DNA from: the human T2T-CHM13v2.0 reference genome, Homo sapiens
DNA length: 64,000 bases
Strand: one strand, 5' to 3'
NCBI RefSeq assembly: GCF_009914755.1
Contig: NC_060943.1
Positions 40,031-53,919 of this stretch are shown in pieces; the stretch's first letter is position 1, and each line of letters begins with the position of its first letter. The notes under the pieces were generated by a model. The model made no database searches. It was given only the letters and a program-made list of their open reading frames with translations, and was not told the origin of the DNA. Both the position numbers and the translations under genes were made by a program.

Positions 40031-41241
40031 TAAATAGAGTCAGCTAGTCTCCAAGATTCATGACTAGGAAAATTAAAAAATAGGTCATGCTCTACTGACT
40101 TCCCTGTGAAGTCTAGATCTGCACTGTCTAGAAACAACCTGTCAGATAAAGGGGAAGCTGATGTGACCAACAATGACATACCCATGAATTTAAGACTCTC
40201 TCCATTTTCTCTTTACAAGTTATGCATGTTGAAAGTGAAGCTCAAATAGGTGGCACCATCCCAGGCACATATTCCAAGAAGCAAAAGACTAAAATTGTCT
40301 GCCACAATAAAATAGAATACCACAATGATACATTTTGGTATCTGTCCACAAAACCTTCTTCAGGTTCTGCCTGATTACTAGATTTCTAACTGTAACATAA
40401 ACCCCTTTTCCTGGAAAACAATTGAAAGCAAGGAAGTTAAAACAATATTATGTGGGACAAAATATAAGTCTGCTTGACATCTTTTAAGTAAATCACATAC
40501 ATACGTATTTGACTCTCATTAGTGACAAGTGATTCTTAAAACTTAGAAAGATGCTTTAGCTAATCACGATACCCTCACTGCAAGCTCACAGCAGCCAAAG
40601 ATTGGCCTATCTGCTGTGCAGAGAAGGATATTCTCTGGTCACAGCCCACTCCTCAAACCCCAGGGGTTCCCAGTGGCCCAGGCCGACCAGCATACTGGCA
40701 TGATACAGCCTATTACATACCGTTTAAATAAAGATTTGCAAGGAAAATGAATTCATGGCAACATTCATTATTGATCATTCTCAAAACTGTCTGGAGAATT
40801 CCCCCAGAGGGCTTAGGGAAGAAATTAAACATTGTTTTCCTGAATTGTTTCCTGCTGTTTTCCCACTTCACTGGTTTTGCTCCCGTAATTGTGTGTGATC
40901 CTATAGCCACAAATTTTAATATGCCTGAATTATTTCATACAGCTTCTGGATCACATGTCAATAATTTGGGTGTGAATAACTATAATAATGATGTTAATAA
41001 TAATCACCATGATGAGGAAAGATCCTTAGAGTTCCCTGTTTACTGTTATCTCTTAACTCTTTAATTACGTTTTGTCTGACCTAAATCTACTGCATCAAAA
41101 TCTGCAAGTAATAAATTCCAAGTTATTTCTAGTCTCACCTGCCCACCCTTGACCACTGCCTCTTTCCTGGAGCTCATTCCCCCTTTCTTCCCCCTACTAT
41201 TGGTCTCTTATGGTTTTCCTTCTATTTCTCTGACCTTCTAG

Positions 41242-41646
<405 letters not shown>

Positions 41647-41879
41647 TAGCTTCAAACAACATCAGTCTACATATCCAGAATTCACATCTTTGATGCAAGA
41701 CTCCAGGTGTCATGCCTCCACAGCTCAGTTAACCATCTGATGTCACCTCCCACTACTGTCTCATGTGCCCTATGCTCCCAAACCAACTCCTCTGCTCACG
41801 GCTCAGCCAGCTTTCCCAGTGCCTTTTTATACCCACAGCTTTGACTTCCTGGTCCTTCTTCCTAAAACGCTTTGAAAAA

Positions 41880-42480
41880 TCATATCCAGCAGTATATCAA
41901 AAACAGCAAATTATCCATTATGAAGTTTGTTTAATTCAGGGAAAGTAAGAGTGGTTCAACATTAGCAAATATAATTTTAATATAATTTAAGATATCAAAT
42001 ATGACAAAGGAACCAATATATCTATTGTTGAGGAAAAAAAATTGAAAACATTCAATCGTCATTCCTGATTTTTTAAATGTATAGAATACTGAATATAAAA
42101 TGCTAACTTCCTTACATGATTTAAAGAAAAAAACCTGTCTTGAACCAATCTTCATTCATTATACCCAGGAATAAAACATTTGCAACATCCCTTCAAAGGG
42201 AAAATCTTTATAAGAACATTCATTATCACCACCACTATTTAATATTTCTCTGAAAGTTCTATCTAAAGCAGTGAGACAATAAAATTATGTACAAAATATA
42301 AATGTAGGAAAGAAAAAACAGGGGTTGATATTTATATATTTTATGATTATTTCCCTTAAAAAATTATCTAAAAATCTAGTAGAGCTAATAATATAATTTA
42401 ATAAGGTGTCCAAATAATAAATATTAACAATGAATCACTTTCATGAATAAAATAATGATCAGTTAGAAAATATAACCAAC
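41880..42480 (+). mobile_element. Decayed L1ME ORF2 fragment
   Basis: ttatccattatgaag...tggttcaacattag; cactatttaatatttctctgaaagttct. Confidence 0.65.
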
Positions 42481-42538
42481 AACCTATCAGAATGACCAGG
42501 ATCAGTTGGGGTAAAAAGAAAATTCCAGACAGAAATAC

Positions 42539-42587
<49 letters not shown>

Positions 42588-42764
42588 GTTACCTATGTCT
42601 GAATCCATCCACCCATCCATCTGTCTGTCTATCTGTCTACCTATATACACACAGCTAACCCTTGAAAAATGCAGTGGTTAGGGAGAACCCTAACCACTCA
42701 ATCAAAATCCACTTTTAACATTCAACTCCCCCAAAACTTACTTAACTCCTAATACCCTCATTAA
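42252..42764 (+). repeat. Local duplication copy 1 (L1ME + TCTA/TCCA STR + Tigger2a end)
   Basis: Colinear with 44535-45342, e.g. cagttagaaaatataaccaacaac and aaaacttacttaactcctaatacc. Confidence 0.9.
42539..42586. repeat. (TCTA)12 STR
   Basis: Read directly. Confidence 0.95.
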
Positions 42765-42868
42765 TCTATCTATCTATCCATCCATCCATCCATCCATCTA
42801 TCCATCTATATCTATATATCTATATCCATATCTGTATCTATGTGTATAGATAGATATACACACACATA

Positions 42869-43227
42869 TAGCTGACCCTGGAACAATGCAGAAGTCAGGG
42901 GACCAACCCCTCACACAGTTGAAAATCCACATTTAACTTTCGCCTCCCTGAAAACTTAACTACTGATAGCCTGTTAACCCAAAGCCTTACCAATAACATA
43001 AACAGTCATTATTTTAACACATTGTCTAGTATCTACATATATTTTACCCATTCATGACCTGCCTTTTTCTTGTTTTTTTCAATATTTCTAGAGTACATGG
43101 CTCACCTGTGGGTTTCTTTTTCAAATTGTTGCAAATCTCCCCTAAGTTTTTCATTAATTATTGAAAAAAGAATCCATATATAAACGCATCCATGAAGTTC
43201 AAACCCATGTTGTTCAGGGGTCAATTG
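42869..43227 (-). mobile_element. Tigger2a/MER28-type non-autonomous element
   Basis: TIRs (t)agctgaccctggaacaa / ttgttcaggggtcaattg. Interior matches both ends of the Tigger2 at 16392-19264. Confidence 0.85.
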
Positions 43228-43861
43228 CATGTGTGTGTGTATGTATATACATATATCCATCACATATACTCAGATATAAAGATATTCATGCCAAGATTAT
43301 TTCTCTATTCATCTGAATCATGACTATAAAATTTTTTTGAAAATACGATAAATAGTAAAGGATTTTCACAAAAGTTCTTCCAATAAGTTGGTTTGTTCTG
43401 ATGAGAATAAAATAACAGCTTTATGTTGGATGACAAGTTTAAGGCCAATGAATTATGCACTTTAGAAGGATGAATTTATGATACGTTAATTATATATCAA
43501 TACAAAATTTTAAAATTAAAATACTACATGTACTACCTCTAAAGAGGGGACTGCTTATTCTCACATGGCATTCTGCTTACCCATGCATAGGGCAGCACAG
43601 ACATAGACACATACAGCTCTACGTATGTGAACTAACTCAACACAGCTTCCCAACTTGGTACTGGCAATAATGAGATCTTCACCTTCCATGCAATTCCCCA
43701 TGGTACCTGGTAGAATTCCACTTTATACCTTTATATAAGAATCTCACTTTATAACTCATCCTTTGACATCTTATATGGCCACACGCCATGCTCATTCGTG
43801 TGTGAAAGTGCACGTGGTACTATGATTTTTTGTACCCCGTAGTGCCTTCTTTATGCCTCTC

Positions 43862-43975
43862 CGATTCTGTTTTGAGGAAACAGAAGCTCTGAGAAGGCAA
43901 GGGGCTTGCCCGAGTTCACAAGAATAGCAACTTCCAGACCTGGGACTTGAACCTAGGTCTCTAGATTGCATGCCA
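43862..43975 (-). mobile_element. MIR fragment
   Basis: tgaggaaacagaagctctgagaaggc...cttgcccgagttcaca...gggacttgaacctaggtct. Confidence 0.7.
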
Positions 43976-44534
43976 CGGTTGACGCAGCCCTATGGCCCCG
44001 GGCATGCGCTTCTCTTCTTCCTACATGAAAGCCCTCCTTACAAGCCTTCCTTGTACCCTATGGCTCCAGGATCTGGCCCCTTCACCTCCCCAGAGTCAGA
44101 GTTACCACGGTGCAGTGGCGCACCAGTGGGCCTCCGGCAATGCTGCTCCCGCTTCCCACCTTCCAGTGGCACTTACCAGAGACACCCAGTGGTAAGAATT
44201 AACTGGGGAATGGCCCTGCCCCTGCTCAGGCCAGCTAAACAGAAGCATTTAGAGCAGCAAAAAGGGCGCTTTCGTTCTGAAGACCCCGCAGGCCCTTCCA
44301 ACGAGGCCAGTTTGGGAAGGAGGGCATCCCCTTAGTGGACCTTCACAGCCACACTCTCGACATTGGCTCCAGAGAATCCATGACGGGGAAAACTCATGAA
44401 AGCCTGGACAACAGACAGAGAAATCTAGCCACGTGATTCTGAACACGAATTCAATTTCCAAAGATTATTTCTAGGGGGCGTAAGAACCTGAGGCGCACCC
44501 CGAGGAGGCCAGTAGTGAGTGATGTCAGACTTCC

Positions 44535-45087
44535 GAAAGTTCTATGTAAAGCAATGAGACAATAAAAGTAAGCACAAAATATAAATTTAAGAGAGAAGAA
44601 AAAAGTGTTCATTATGTACGTATTTTATGATTGTCTTCCTAAAAAAAATTATCTGAACATCAATTAGGGCTAATTATAGAATTTAATGAGGTGGCCATAT
44701 AATAAACATTAAAAATTAATCACTTTTGTGAAGTAAAGCAATGACCAGTTAGAAAATATAACCAACAACATAGGACGATCAGGAGGAGTTAGGGTAAAAA
44801 GAAAATTCCAAACACAAACACACTATCTATCTACCCATCTGTCCGTCTGCCCATCCATCCATCCATCCCTCCATCCGATTATCTGTCTGTCCATCCATCC
44901 ATCCATCCATCCATCCATCCCTCCATCCGATTATCTGTCTGTCCATCCATCCATACATACATCTATCTATCTATCTATCTATCTGCCCATCCATCCATCC
45001 ATCATCCATCCATCCATCTATCCATCTATCCAACCATCCATCCATCCATCTATCTATCCACCCATCCATCTGTCCATCTATATATTC

Positions 45088-45133
<46 letters not shown>

Positions 45134-45342
45134 TTATCTATATCTATCTATGCATTCGTCCATCTGTTCATTCATCCATCCATCCATCCATCCATCCATC
45201 TATCTATCTGTCTACCTATATACACACAGCTAACCCTTGAAAAATGGAGTGGTCAGGGAGGACCCCCCTCACTCAGTCAAAAATCCCCACTTTTAACTTT
45301 CGACTCCCCAAAAACTTACTTAACTCCTAATACCATCATTAA
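44535..45342 (+). repeat. Local duplication copy 2, with expanded (TCCA/TCTA)n STR at ~44823-45215
   Basis: Colinear with 42252-42764. Confidence 0.9.
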
Positions 45343-45819
45343 CAAATAAAAGCAAGCAAATTTGAATAAGGTAACGTTTGGGGGCATATCTAACTAGCAA
45401 AGATGTCAACAGCACCCAGGATTGATGAGAGCACAGGAAATGAACACTCTGAAGGGAAATAAAAGTCCAGGCAAACTTTCTGCAGTGGTCCCATTGTTGC
45501 TCTCCCAGGAATGCGTCCTTAGGAATGGTCACATGTGTGCAGAACTGAATTTCCAAGTCCGTCTAGTGTTGCAGTATTTACAGTTGCAAAAAGCCACAAA
45601 CAATCTAGGAATCTAACAGAAGGGGTTAAGGCGACTAAACTAGTGGGTGGATTAATAGAAAAAAATACTGTATAACCATTTTTCTTAATGTGGACCTGTG
45701 TTCATGGACTCAGAAAAATATCCGTAATATAAAATTAAGGGAGAGAAGAAGGCTGTAAACAGCACATGCGTGAGCCCTTTTTGTTTTAATTAAAAATTAC
45801 ATATATAACATATATGCAT

Positions 45820-45860
45820 ATATTATATTATATTATATTATATTATATTATATTATATAT
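45820..45860. repeat. (ATATT)n
   Basis: Read directly. Confidence 0.9.
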
Positions 45861-46109
45861 ATTTATGTATTTGTTCTTCTTGGAAACAAAGATGTCAATG
45901 AATGAATACCAAATTACTAACAATGGTTATCTTTGAATTTATTTTCTTTTCTCTTATTCATTCTTTCTCTCTCTAGATTTTTCTTTTATTTTTTGAGTGT
46001 CTGTGTTTCCTTTCTATGATTATTTTTATATTTATAAAAATATGTAAATATTTTTACATATATGTATATCAGATGAGCTTTCCAGAACCTTCTGCCACTC
46101 TCAGGAAAG

Positions 46110-46530
46110 AGCACGCTGACCAACAGCGGGCGCAGGTGGAAAGTGAAGGCTCAGAGCATTGCTCTGAGACTTGTCCTGGGAGGCTCCTGGTCTCCTCTCC
46201 AGCTTCCTGCTCACAGAGAGGCGAGGCTGGCTCAGGCCCCGACGGTGACGCTGACGACGGCGACAGGGAGGTGTGCGAAGCCGGGCGCGAGCTGTGCCAG
46301 CTCTCGCTAATCCTCTGCAGTATGGTTCGCTGCTAATTTGTCATGGCACATATTTGCCTTATGTCTAATTAGCATCAAATTGCAAACTGCTATTTGCTAA
46401 CAATTTGTTGCATCAATCTGCTTGAAAATCTATAGTTTAGAATTGGATTACAACTTATCCTGTCTATCAAAATTCTAGTTCACACATACACAAAATAACT
46501 TCCCCTTCCCGCCAAAAACGTCGCAATGTT
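46110..46530. promoter_or_regulatory. Small CpG-rich patch joined to a homeodomain-motif block; candidate enhancer/promoter
   Basis: About 13 CpG in 46220-46330. TAATCC, CTAATTAG, GGATTA. E2F-type TTCCCGCCAAAA at 46506-46517. Confidence 0.5.
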
Positions 46531-46839
46531 TGCAGTGGCACAAAAGGAGAGCGATGTGTTTTTTTTTCCCCAAAAGAAAGAAGAATAACTATGGGGTGTC
46601 TCATTTTGAATGTCCTGGCTTTGGTTTCCCATGGCCTGGGAAAAGAGCTGGAATAGTGCTCACACTCAAAAAGGGTGCTCCAGGCCTTTCTCAGGGACTT
46701 TCCAGGAAAGTCAAGACATAAAAAAGGCCCAGAAGCCCAGTCTTCTCAAGTCCCAGACATAGAACTCCCAGGCAAAATTGTGCAAAGAACAAGCCCATAC
46801 CTGCTGAGGGACACAACCTCACCCCAGGGTTTTGCCTGC

Positions 46840-46985
46840 ATTCGCTCACATAATGCTAGCAACCTCCTAAGGAAGTAGGGGTTAACATTTTTCTTATTTA
46901 CAAATTACGAAACTCAAGTTGAAAGGCTAAATCACTCAAGGTCACATGTGTGGCAAGTGGCAGCACAATAATTGAAGCCCAACCG
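46840..46985 (-). mobile_element. MIR
   Basis: tttacaaattacgaaactcaag...caaggtcacatgtgtggcaagtggcag. Confidence 0.65.
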
Positions 46986-47643
46986 TGATGTTTCATTGCT
47001 AAGGTGACCCTCTAAATATCAAAAAATAGGCAGTAGGAATAACAATGATATAAAAATTATAAAATGAGATATAAATAAAAATAATAGAAAATGAATGAAA
47101 TAAAAAGGAAATAACAATTAATCATTGCATTTCACTTGATAGTTTGGCCTTATGGAGACATCATCTAGTTGGATGTTGAAGATTTTGGTTTGGCAACATG
47201 CCCTGTGGACAGATGGAAGACTCCGGGCCTCACATGCTCATAGCCTTCTCGTGGTCTCAAAAGCTACCTCCTGTGGTCCATCTAGAAGGAAGAACTGAGA
47301 TAAACTCCCTCGCAGAGGGACGATGCCTATGGGTTCCAAAGAGAGTCAAAAGGTGACATTGGGTTGAGACATCCCTTCTTTCCTGTTTCTTGGGCAAGGA
47401 GAGACATGTTTCCAACAGATGGAAGTTGGAGCTCTATTGCAGAGCACAGGCACAGAAGTCGTTACATTCTTAGCCCAGTAGCTAGTTGACTAAAGATGTG
47501 CCATCCATTAAAACTCATTGACCTCACAAGTGGTGACCAAGGGGCAAGAGGCTTTCATGGTGTCCACTCCAGCTCTCCTTGGCACCCCCAAAGAACGACT
47601 TTGCTTTGAAAAACAATTCATAAAATCATTGTTATTATTATTA

Positions 47644-47970
<327 letters not shown>

Positions 47971-48164
47971 GAAATCAAAACCTCTCCTTTTGTAGCTTCT
48001 CCTAATAATCCTTTGGGCTGGAAATAAAAGATCATCTAAGAGCATCTTCAAAAAAGACCTAGAGAAATCACAAGGAAAATTTAAAAAGCAGTTATCTTCC
48101 CCACACCCACGAACATGGTCAGTGGCCATGAGTTTGATATGCAGGACTGATATTCCTGCGAAAG

Positions 48165-48660
48165 ATGTTTGTGGAGTACCTGCCAGCTGTCACAACCTGT
48201 GTTAGGTGCTGAGGACATGGAAAGGAGTAGGGTGAACCAAGCCATCACAGAACACAGGACGCAGAGGCATGAGGAAACTCAAGGCCCTAAGACGAGTTCT
48301 TGATAAGGACAAAGTCTAGTGAATGCACGTCAGTCTAGAGACAGACAAACAGAGAAGGCTTCCTAGAGGAAAAGATGCCTGAGCTGAAACACAAGGACAG
48401 GTGCATGGGATGAAAGGATCCTTCCAGGCTAAGTGATGCACATGTGCATGCCATTCCCCAGGAACTGAAGCATCTGTGAGTTGCAGAGGCCACCCCCTGG
48501 ATGAGCAGTGTCAAGGTTGAGACCAGGGTCCCCAGACTGTCTTCTGCCAGTTGAGGAATCCCTTCCAAAGAGCAGGGTCTTAGGATGCCTGTAAAAGACA
48601 TCCTTTCTCATCTCCCTTGAGGGTAAATCAATCTCTCTGTTGAGCTCACTAGAGGAGTCA
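48165..48660 (-). mobile_element. L2 fragments
   Basis: tgtgttaggtgctgaggaca; cagagaaggcttcctagagga...cctgagctga. Confidence 0.6.
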
Positions 48661-49345
48661 AGCAAAAGGAAGAAAGATTCTAAGCCAACTCAGCAAGACA
48701 CAGGAAGCAGGTTAAGAAGCTTTCTTCACTTGTGTTCTTGGAATGACTCTTTCACATAATAAGATGTTCAGTGAGGGTTTGCCCCATGCCAGATTCAAAT
48801 AGAAATGATGCTACCAGCCTCTGTCCAGATGCACGTTTCTCTATATTTTGAATGGAAGGAGGCCAGACACTGCATAGATCTGTAACCAGCAAGGAAGCAA
48901 ACCAAAAGGTGCCCAGGAAAAACAAATAATCCCCAAACAGTTGCCTCCAGAAGGAAGAAGTTCATGCTAAAGAACTGTGCTTGGGGCTTGTGTGTTCAAG
49001 GCCAGTCAGTGGGGCAGATAAACCTTCAGCCTCCCCCCACCACACATAGACATACAAGCTCAGGAACTAGGACAGGCAGGGAACTTGGGGTTTTGAGGCA
49101 GCCAGAGAGGATGATCAGAAGAGCTGTCCAGAGGCTAGACACAGTCGTCTCCCCAGGACAACAGGGTCACCCTTGCTCAGAGCGTGCTGTGTAAAATCCA
49201 TACCATAAGACTTCCTTTGCCAGCACAGCAGAGTGACAGCACCAGCCAGCAAGCCCAAGACATGGCCACACTGACCTGGCATCCTAGAACACAAAGCCAG
49301 TATGTCCTTTAATCAAAGTCTGAGTAATCTCTTTGGATTCAGTTT

Positions 49346-50019
49346 AAGTTAGCCTGTTCTCTCACTACTATAAAGGAATACCTGAGACTGGGTCATTTGT
49401 AAAGAAAAGAGGTTTAATTGGCTCATGGTTCCAGAGGCTGTACAGGAAGCATGGCGCCAGCATCAGCTTAGCTTCTGGAGAGGCCTCAGAAACCTTACAG
49501 TCATGGTGGAAGGCAAAGGGGGAGCCAACAGTTCATGTGGCCAAAGCAGGAGGAAGAGAGAGAGGAGGCAGGTGCTACACACTTTTATTTTTTTCCAAGA
49601 TGGAGTCTTGCTCTGTTGCCCAGGATGGAGTACAGTGGCACTATCTCAGCTCACTGCAACCTCCGCCTCCTGATTTCAAGCAATTCTCCTGCCTAAGCCT
49701 CCCAAGCACCTAGTATTACAGGCATGCACCACCAGGCCCAGCTAATTTTTGTATTTTTAGTAGAGACAGCGTTTCACCATGTTGGCCAGGCCGGTCTCAA
49801 ACTCCTGACCTTGTGATCCACCTGCCTTGGCCTCCCAAAGTGCTGGGATTACACTTCTAAACAACCACATCTTGTCATGAGAGCAGCATTAGGAGATGGT
49901 GTTAAACCATTAGAAACCACCCCCATGATCCAATCACCCCCCACCTGGTGCCACCTCCAACATTGGGGATAGTGACTGAACATGATATTTGGGTGGGGAC
50001 ACAAAGCCAAATCGTATCA
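49346..50019 (-). mobile_element. MSTA-like solo LTR with nested Alu
   Basis: ctataaaggaatacctgagactggg...tttgggtggggacacaaagccaaatcgtatca. Confidence 0.9.
49583..49852 (-). mobile_element. AluSg/Sc-like, slightly 5'-truncated
   Basis: gaccttgtgatcc diagnostic. TSD-like acactt. Confidence 0.9.
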
Positions 50020-50058
50020 GGCATCCAAAAACAGCACTCCTTAGAAGCCAGAGGTACT

Positions 50059-50264
<206 letters not shown>

Positions 50265-51229
50265 AGGAAGAAGAAAGCCAGAGATACAAGCCTTTCAATG
50301 ACCCATTAGCCCACCTGTAGGATCCGCTATATGCCTCCAGATCCCAGCAGAGGACTGAGAGGTGGATAATCTCCCGGTATTTGTGTGTGCCACTTTTGTG
50401 TGAGCAAAGACCCAAGGTTGCAACAACAGTAGGTGTGTACACAAAAAAGGACCAGGTCCATACTGGTGCATACTCTCCTTATGGCATTAAAAAGGGACAT
50501 GCTGAATCCTGGACAGAAAGGAAGAGGCCCCCCAGAACTGCCTCCAGTAGGGCCAGCCTGTGTTGGGGGCCAGCCCAGCATCTCTGCGTCCCATGGCATG
50601 CCCCACAGGGGGACCACCTTTGTGCCTCCCTGTTGCCAGTAAAGCACACTGATCTTTAACCTTTTCAGCAACTGCAAGACATCTCTGGGACCTCCACACA
50701 GCTCCTGTCAAAATGTCGGGCTGCTAACTATAAACTTTATTTTGATGTCTTGCTTTTCGGGAATAATTACCTTGTACCTAAAATGTTAGCCTATTTACTG
50801 CTTGTGCAAAAAGATGACAATAAAATCAATGTTGCACAATTCCCCAAAGTGCATCAAAGTCTTTTGCAATGTTAATGGACTGGCAGGTCTGAGAGGTGTG
50901 AGCTCATGTTGGCCTGCTTGGGCCCCCAGCTCTAGCAGGAGAACAGCTCTCTCCTCATCAACCTGCAAGCCCTTGTCTGCCAAATGTATTCATTCTAGAG
51001 AGTTGGCTCAGTCCCTGGGGTGAGAGAATGGGTGAAATGGGGGAGGGGTGATGAGAGCAGATTGGCAAGTACATGAAGTCACAAACTGTGTGAGCTGAAA
51101 GACGCTTGCAGGGACTGACATATCCAATTCCACCTCCCAGAGGCAGGGAAGCAGTTTCAGAGAGCGGGAGTGGATCCCCTAGGGCCCCACAGCAGATAAA
51201 TTGTGATGCCAGAATAAGAATCTATATCT

Positions 51230-51533
<304 letters not shown>

Positions 51534-51978
51534 TAAACAGTGTCTACTGGTCATGTAGCTAATACAGGCACCATGTCCTAAGAAGTTTGGAGAAGGCATC
51601 ATAAAAAAATAAAAATTCAGTTCCATGAAGTCATAGTGTATGCCGGTAAATTAAAGGTTCTGAGAAGTCTTACAATTTGCAGCGTGTTTCGTTTTGTTTA
51701 CCCAGCATTTCTAAAGTGTCTTCAAATAAGTTATTTTGGTGGGGAGAGGTGCGTAATATCGGTTGGAGAATTTAATGTGGCAAAGGCAGCCTTAAATATA
51801 TTCACCAGCATCACACTGGTTTTTTTGATGGCTGTGGAGAGGCAGGCCCTACAGGAACAGGTGTGGGAAAGTCTCCGTGTAGCATAGCCAGGTGAGGACA
51901 AGAAACAAAAAGAGGATTGGTGAAAACAGACTCCACTATGCCATCATCTACAGCCCAGGGCAGCCAGATGTGTCTTCT

Positions 51979-52383
51979 TGTCTTGGGCCATTTTGCGTTG
52001 CTATAAAGAAATACCTGAGGGTGGGTAATACATAAAGAAAACGGGCTTATTTGGCTCACAATTCTGCAGGCTGTACAAGCATGGCACGAGCATCTGCTCA
52101 GCTTCTGGCGAGGAATCTTCCAGTCACGGTGGAAAGAAGGCAGAGGGGGAGAGGTGTGTCACACGGTGACAAAGAAAGCAAGAGAGCCAGACTCTTTTAA
52201 ACAACTAGCTCGTGTGTGAACTAACAGAACAAGAACTCACTCATTACCATGGAAAGGGCACCAAGTCATTCATGAGGAATCCACCCCCCATGACTAAAAC
52301 ACCTCCCACCAGGCTCCACCTCCAACATTGGAGGTCACATTTCAACATGAGATTCCAAGGAGACAAACAACCAGACTTTATCA
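51979..52383 (-). mobile_element. MSTB-like solo LTR
   Basis: TG...CA ends. Perfect TSD CTTCT (51974-51978, 52384-52388). Confidence 0.92.
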
Positions 52384-53919
52384 CTTCTTCTCCTGGCATG
52401 TGTTGGGGGCATGGGTGGGCTGGATAGAAGCCGAGTACAGGAACACAGAGGTTGGAAATTTGCAAAAAAAATAGCTGTAGCAGAGCACCAACCCCCCGCC
52501 CCCAGTCTGTCCAGTCTAAGATCACATTTGACTGAACAAGGTATCGGGGAAGGGAACAGTGGAAGGCAGAAGATGGGACCCAAAAGTCATTTGGGAGGGA
52601 GCAGTGCAGTGGGGCTCCACCCAGGCAGAGCTGATCCTCAGGCAGCTCTGGGTATCTTTGTGAAGACGCAGAGGCCCAAGGCCCAAGACGCAGAGGCCCT
52701 GGTGTGACTGCAGTGGTCACTGGGGCTACATCCATTGGGCCTTCTGCAGCAGGCCCGGTGCAAACGGAATGTGCTCTCTCTGGGGACTGACTTCATGCAA
52801 TGAGGCCGATCCCTTGAGAAAATGGACAAACCCTGTGTTGGGCAGAAGTGGCATGCCTTTGGCTTGGTTTTCATCTTCCATTGCAGCCTTTTGTGGCCGC
52901 ATCAAGAGAACAAGCTGGCGAAACACCCTCTTTACTGGCCATTTTCCTTTAACCACATTCCTGGACATTTTTACCCTAGAAGTCTGCCCACCTCTTTGCT
53001 GCTGGCTCACCTTGGTTTGGGGATTTTCTTGCAGCCTTTCCCATAAGCTCAGCGGGCCACTCTCTGCAGAAATGTAACTCTGCATCTAAGACGTAACTGT
53101 TAAACCCTACCTTTTGGTTTCTGTCCCCAAAACCAATGTATTTTAATGCAGATGCCCTGCAGCTCAAGGGTTTTTAACAATTTTTGGAGGGAAAAATGTC
53201 ACACAGCTTTTGAAAATCTGCCATGAGACCTACTCCCTGAATTCTCCATTCGTTTACTCAGAAAAACTCAATTGAATCAGGGAGGCATGATTCCCCATTA
53301 GAGGAATCATTTTTTCTTTCCTCTGGTGGGTTAGATTTGTTTAGGTGTTCACTGATCCCTCACTTGATTAATCACCCCAGCTGCCTTCTCCTTGCTCACC
53401 AGGTGGGGCGGTGAAACACCAGAGTGGCATGAGGGTCCTGTAGTCCTGTTGCCATGTGGGGACCCACTGCATCTCTGGGACAAAATTCCACCATTTTTCA
53501 TTTGAATTTCTTCAAAGCTCCCAGGTATGAGCCAATTCCAGCTTATTTCCAAATTATTGTAGACTTATCTGTGAATATACTTCACCCCCATTTCCTGCAA
53601 TCTACATGCTCAGCCACACTTGAACAAATCCCTCCAGTCTGCCTTCCTGAAACAGGATTGGATGAGGGAGGCTCTGGGAAAAAGCAAAGAGAGAGACCAC
53701 AAAAACCAACAGGAAGAAGAGGTGGAAGAATCAAGGAAGGTGGTGACAGTTTAATCCAAGATGGTAGAAATGGGAGATGAGACGGAGAAGTAGAAGAGAG
53801 AAGGAAAAGGCATAGTCAGAGAGAAAGAGAAGTTTTCCTGTTCCTGCTCCTACAGCAGGTCCCGGACCCAGGCATCCATCACCAGGCACATGATGGAGGA
53901 ACTCTGTCCCCTTACCTAT

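Noticed and set aside
44110-44485. CTCF sites (gcaccagtgggcc, ttctagggggcgt)
   Set aside because: Only partial matches to the core and not supportable without a PWM scan or ChIP data
46016-46336. 106-aa ORF over the CpG patch (GPDGDADDGD)
   Set aside because: Low-complexity AT-rich N-terminus and no recognised homology. Better explained as regulatory sequence, though PhyloCSF would settle it.
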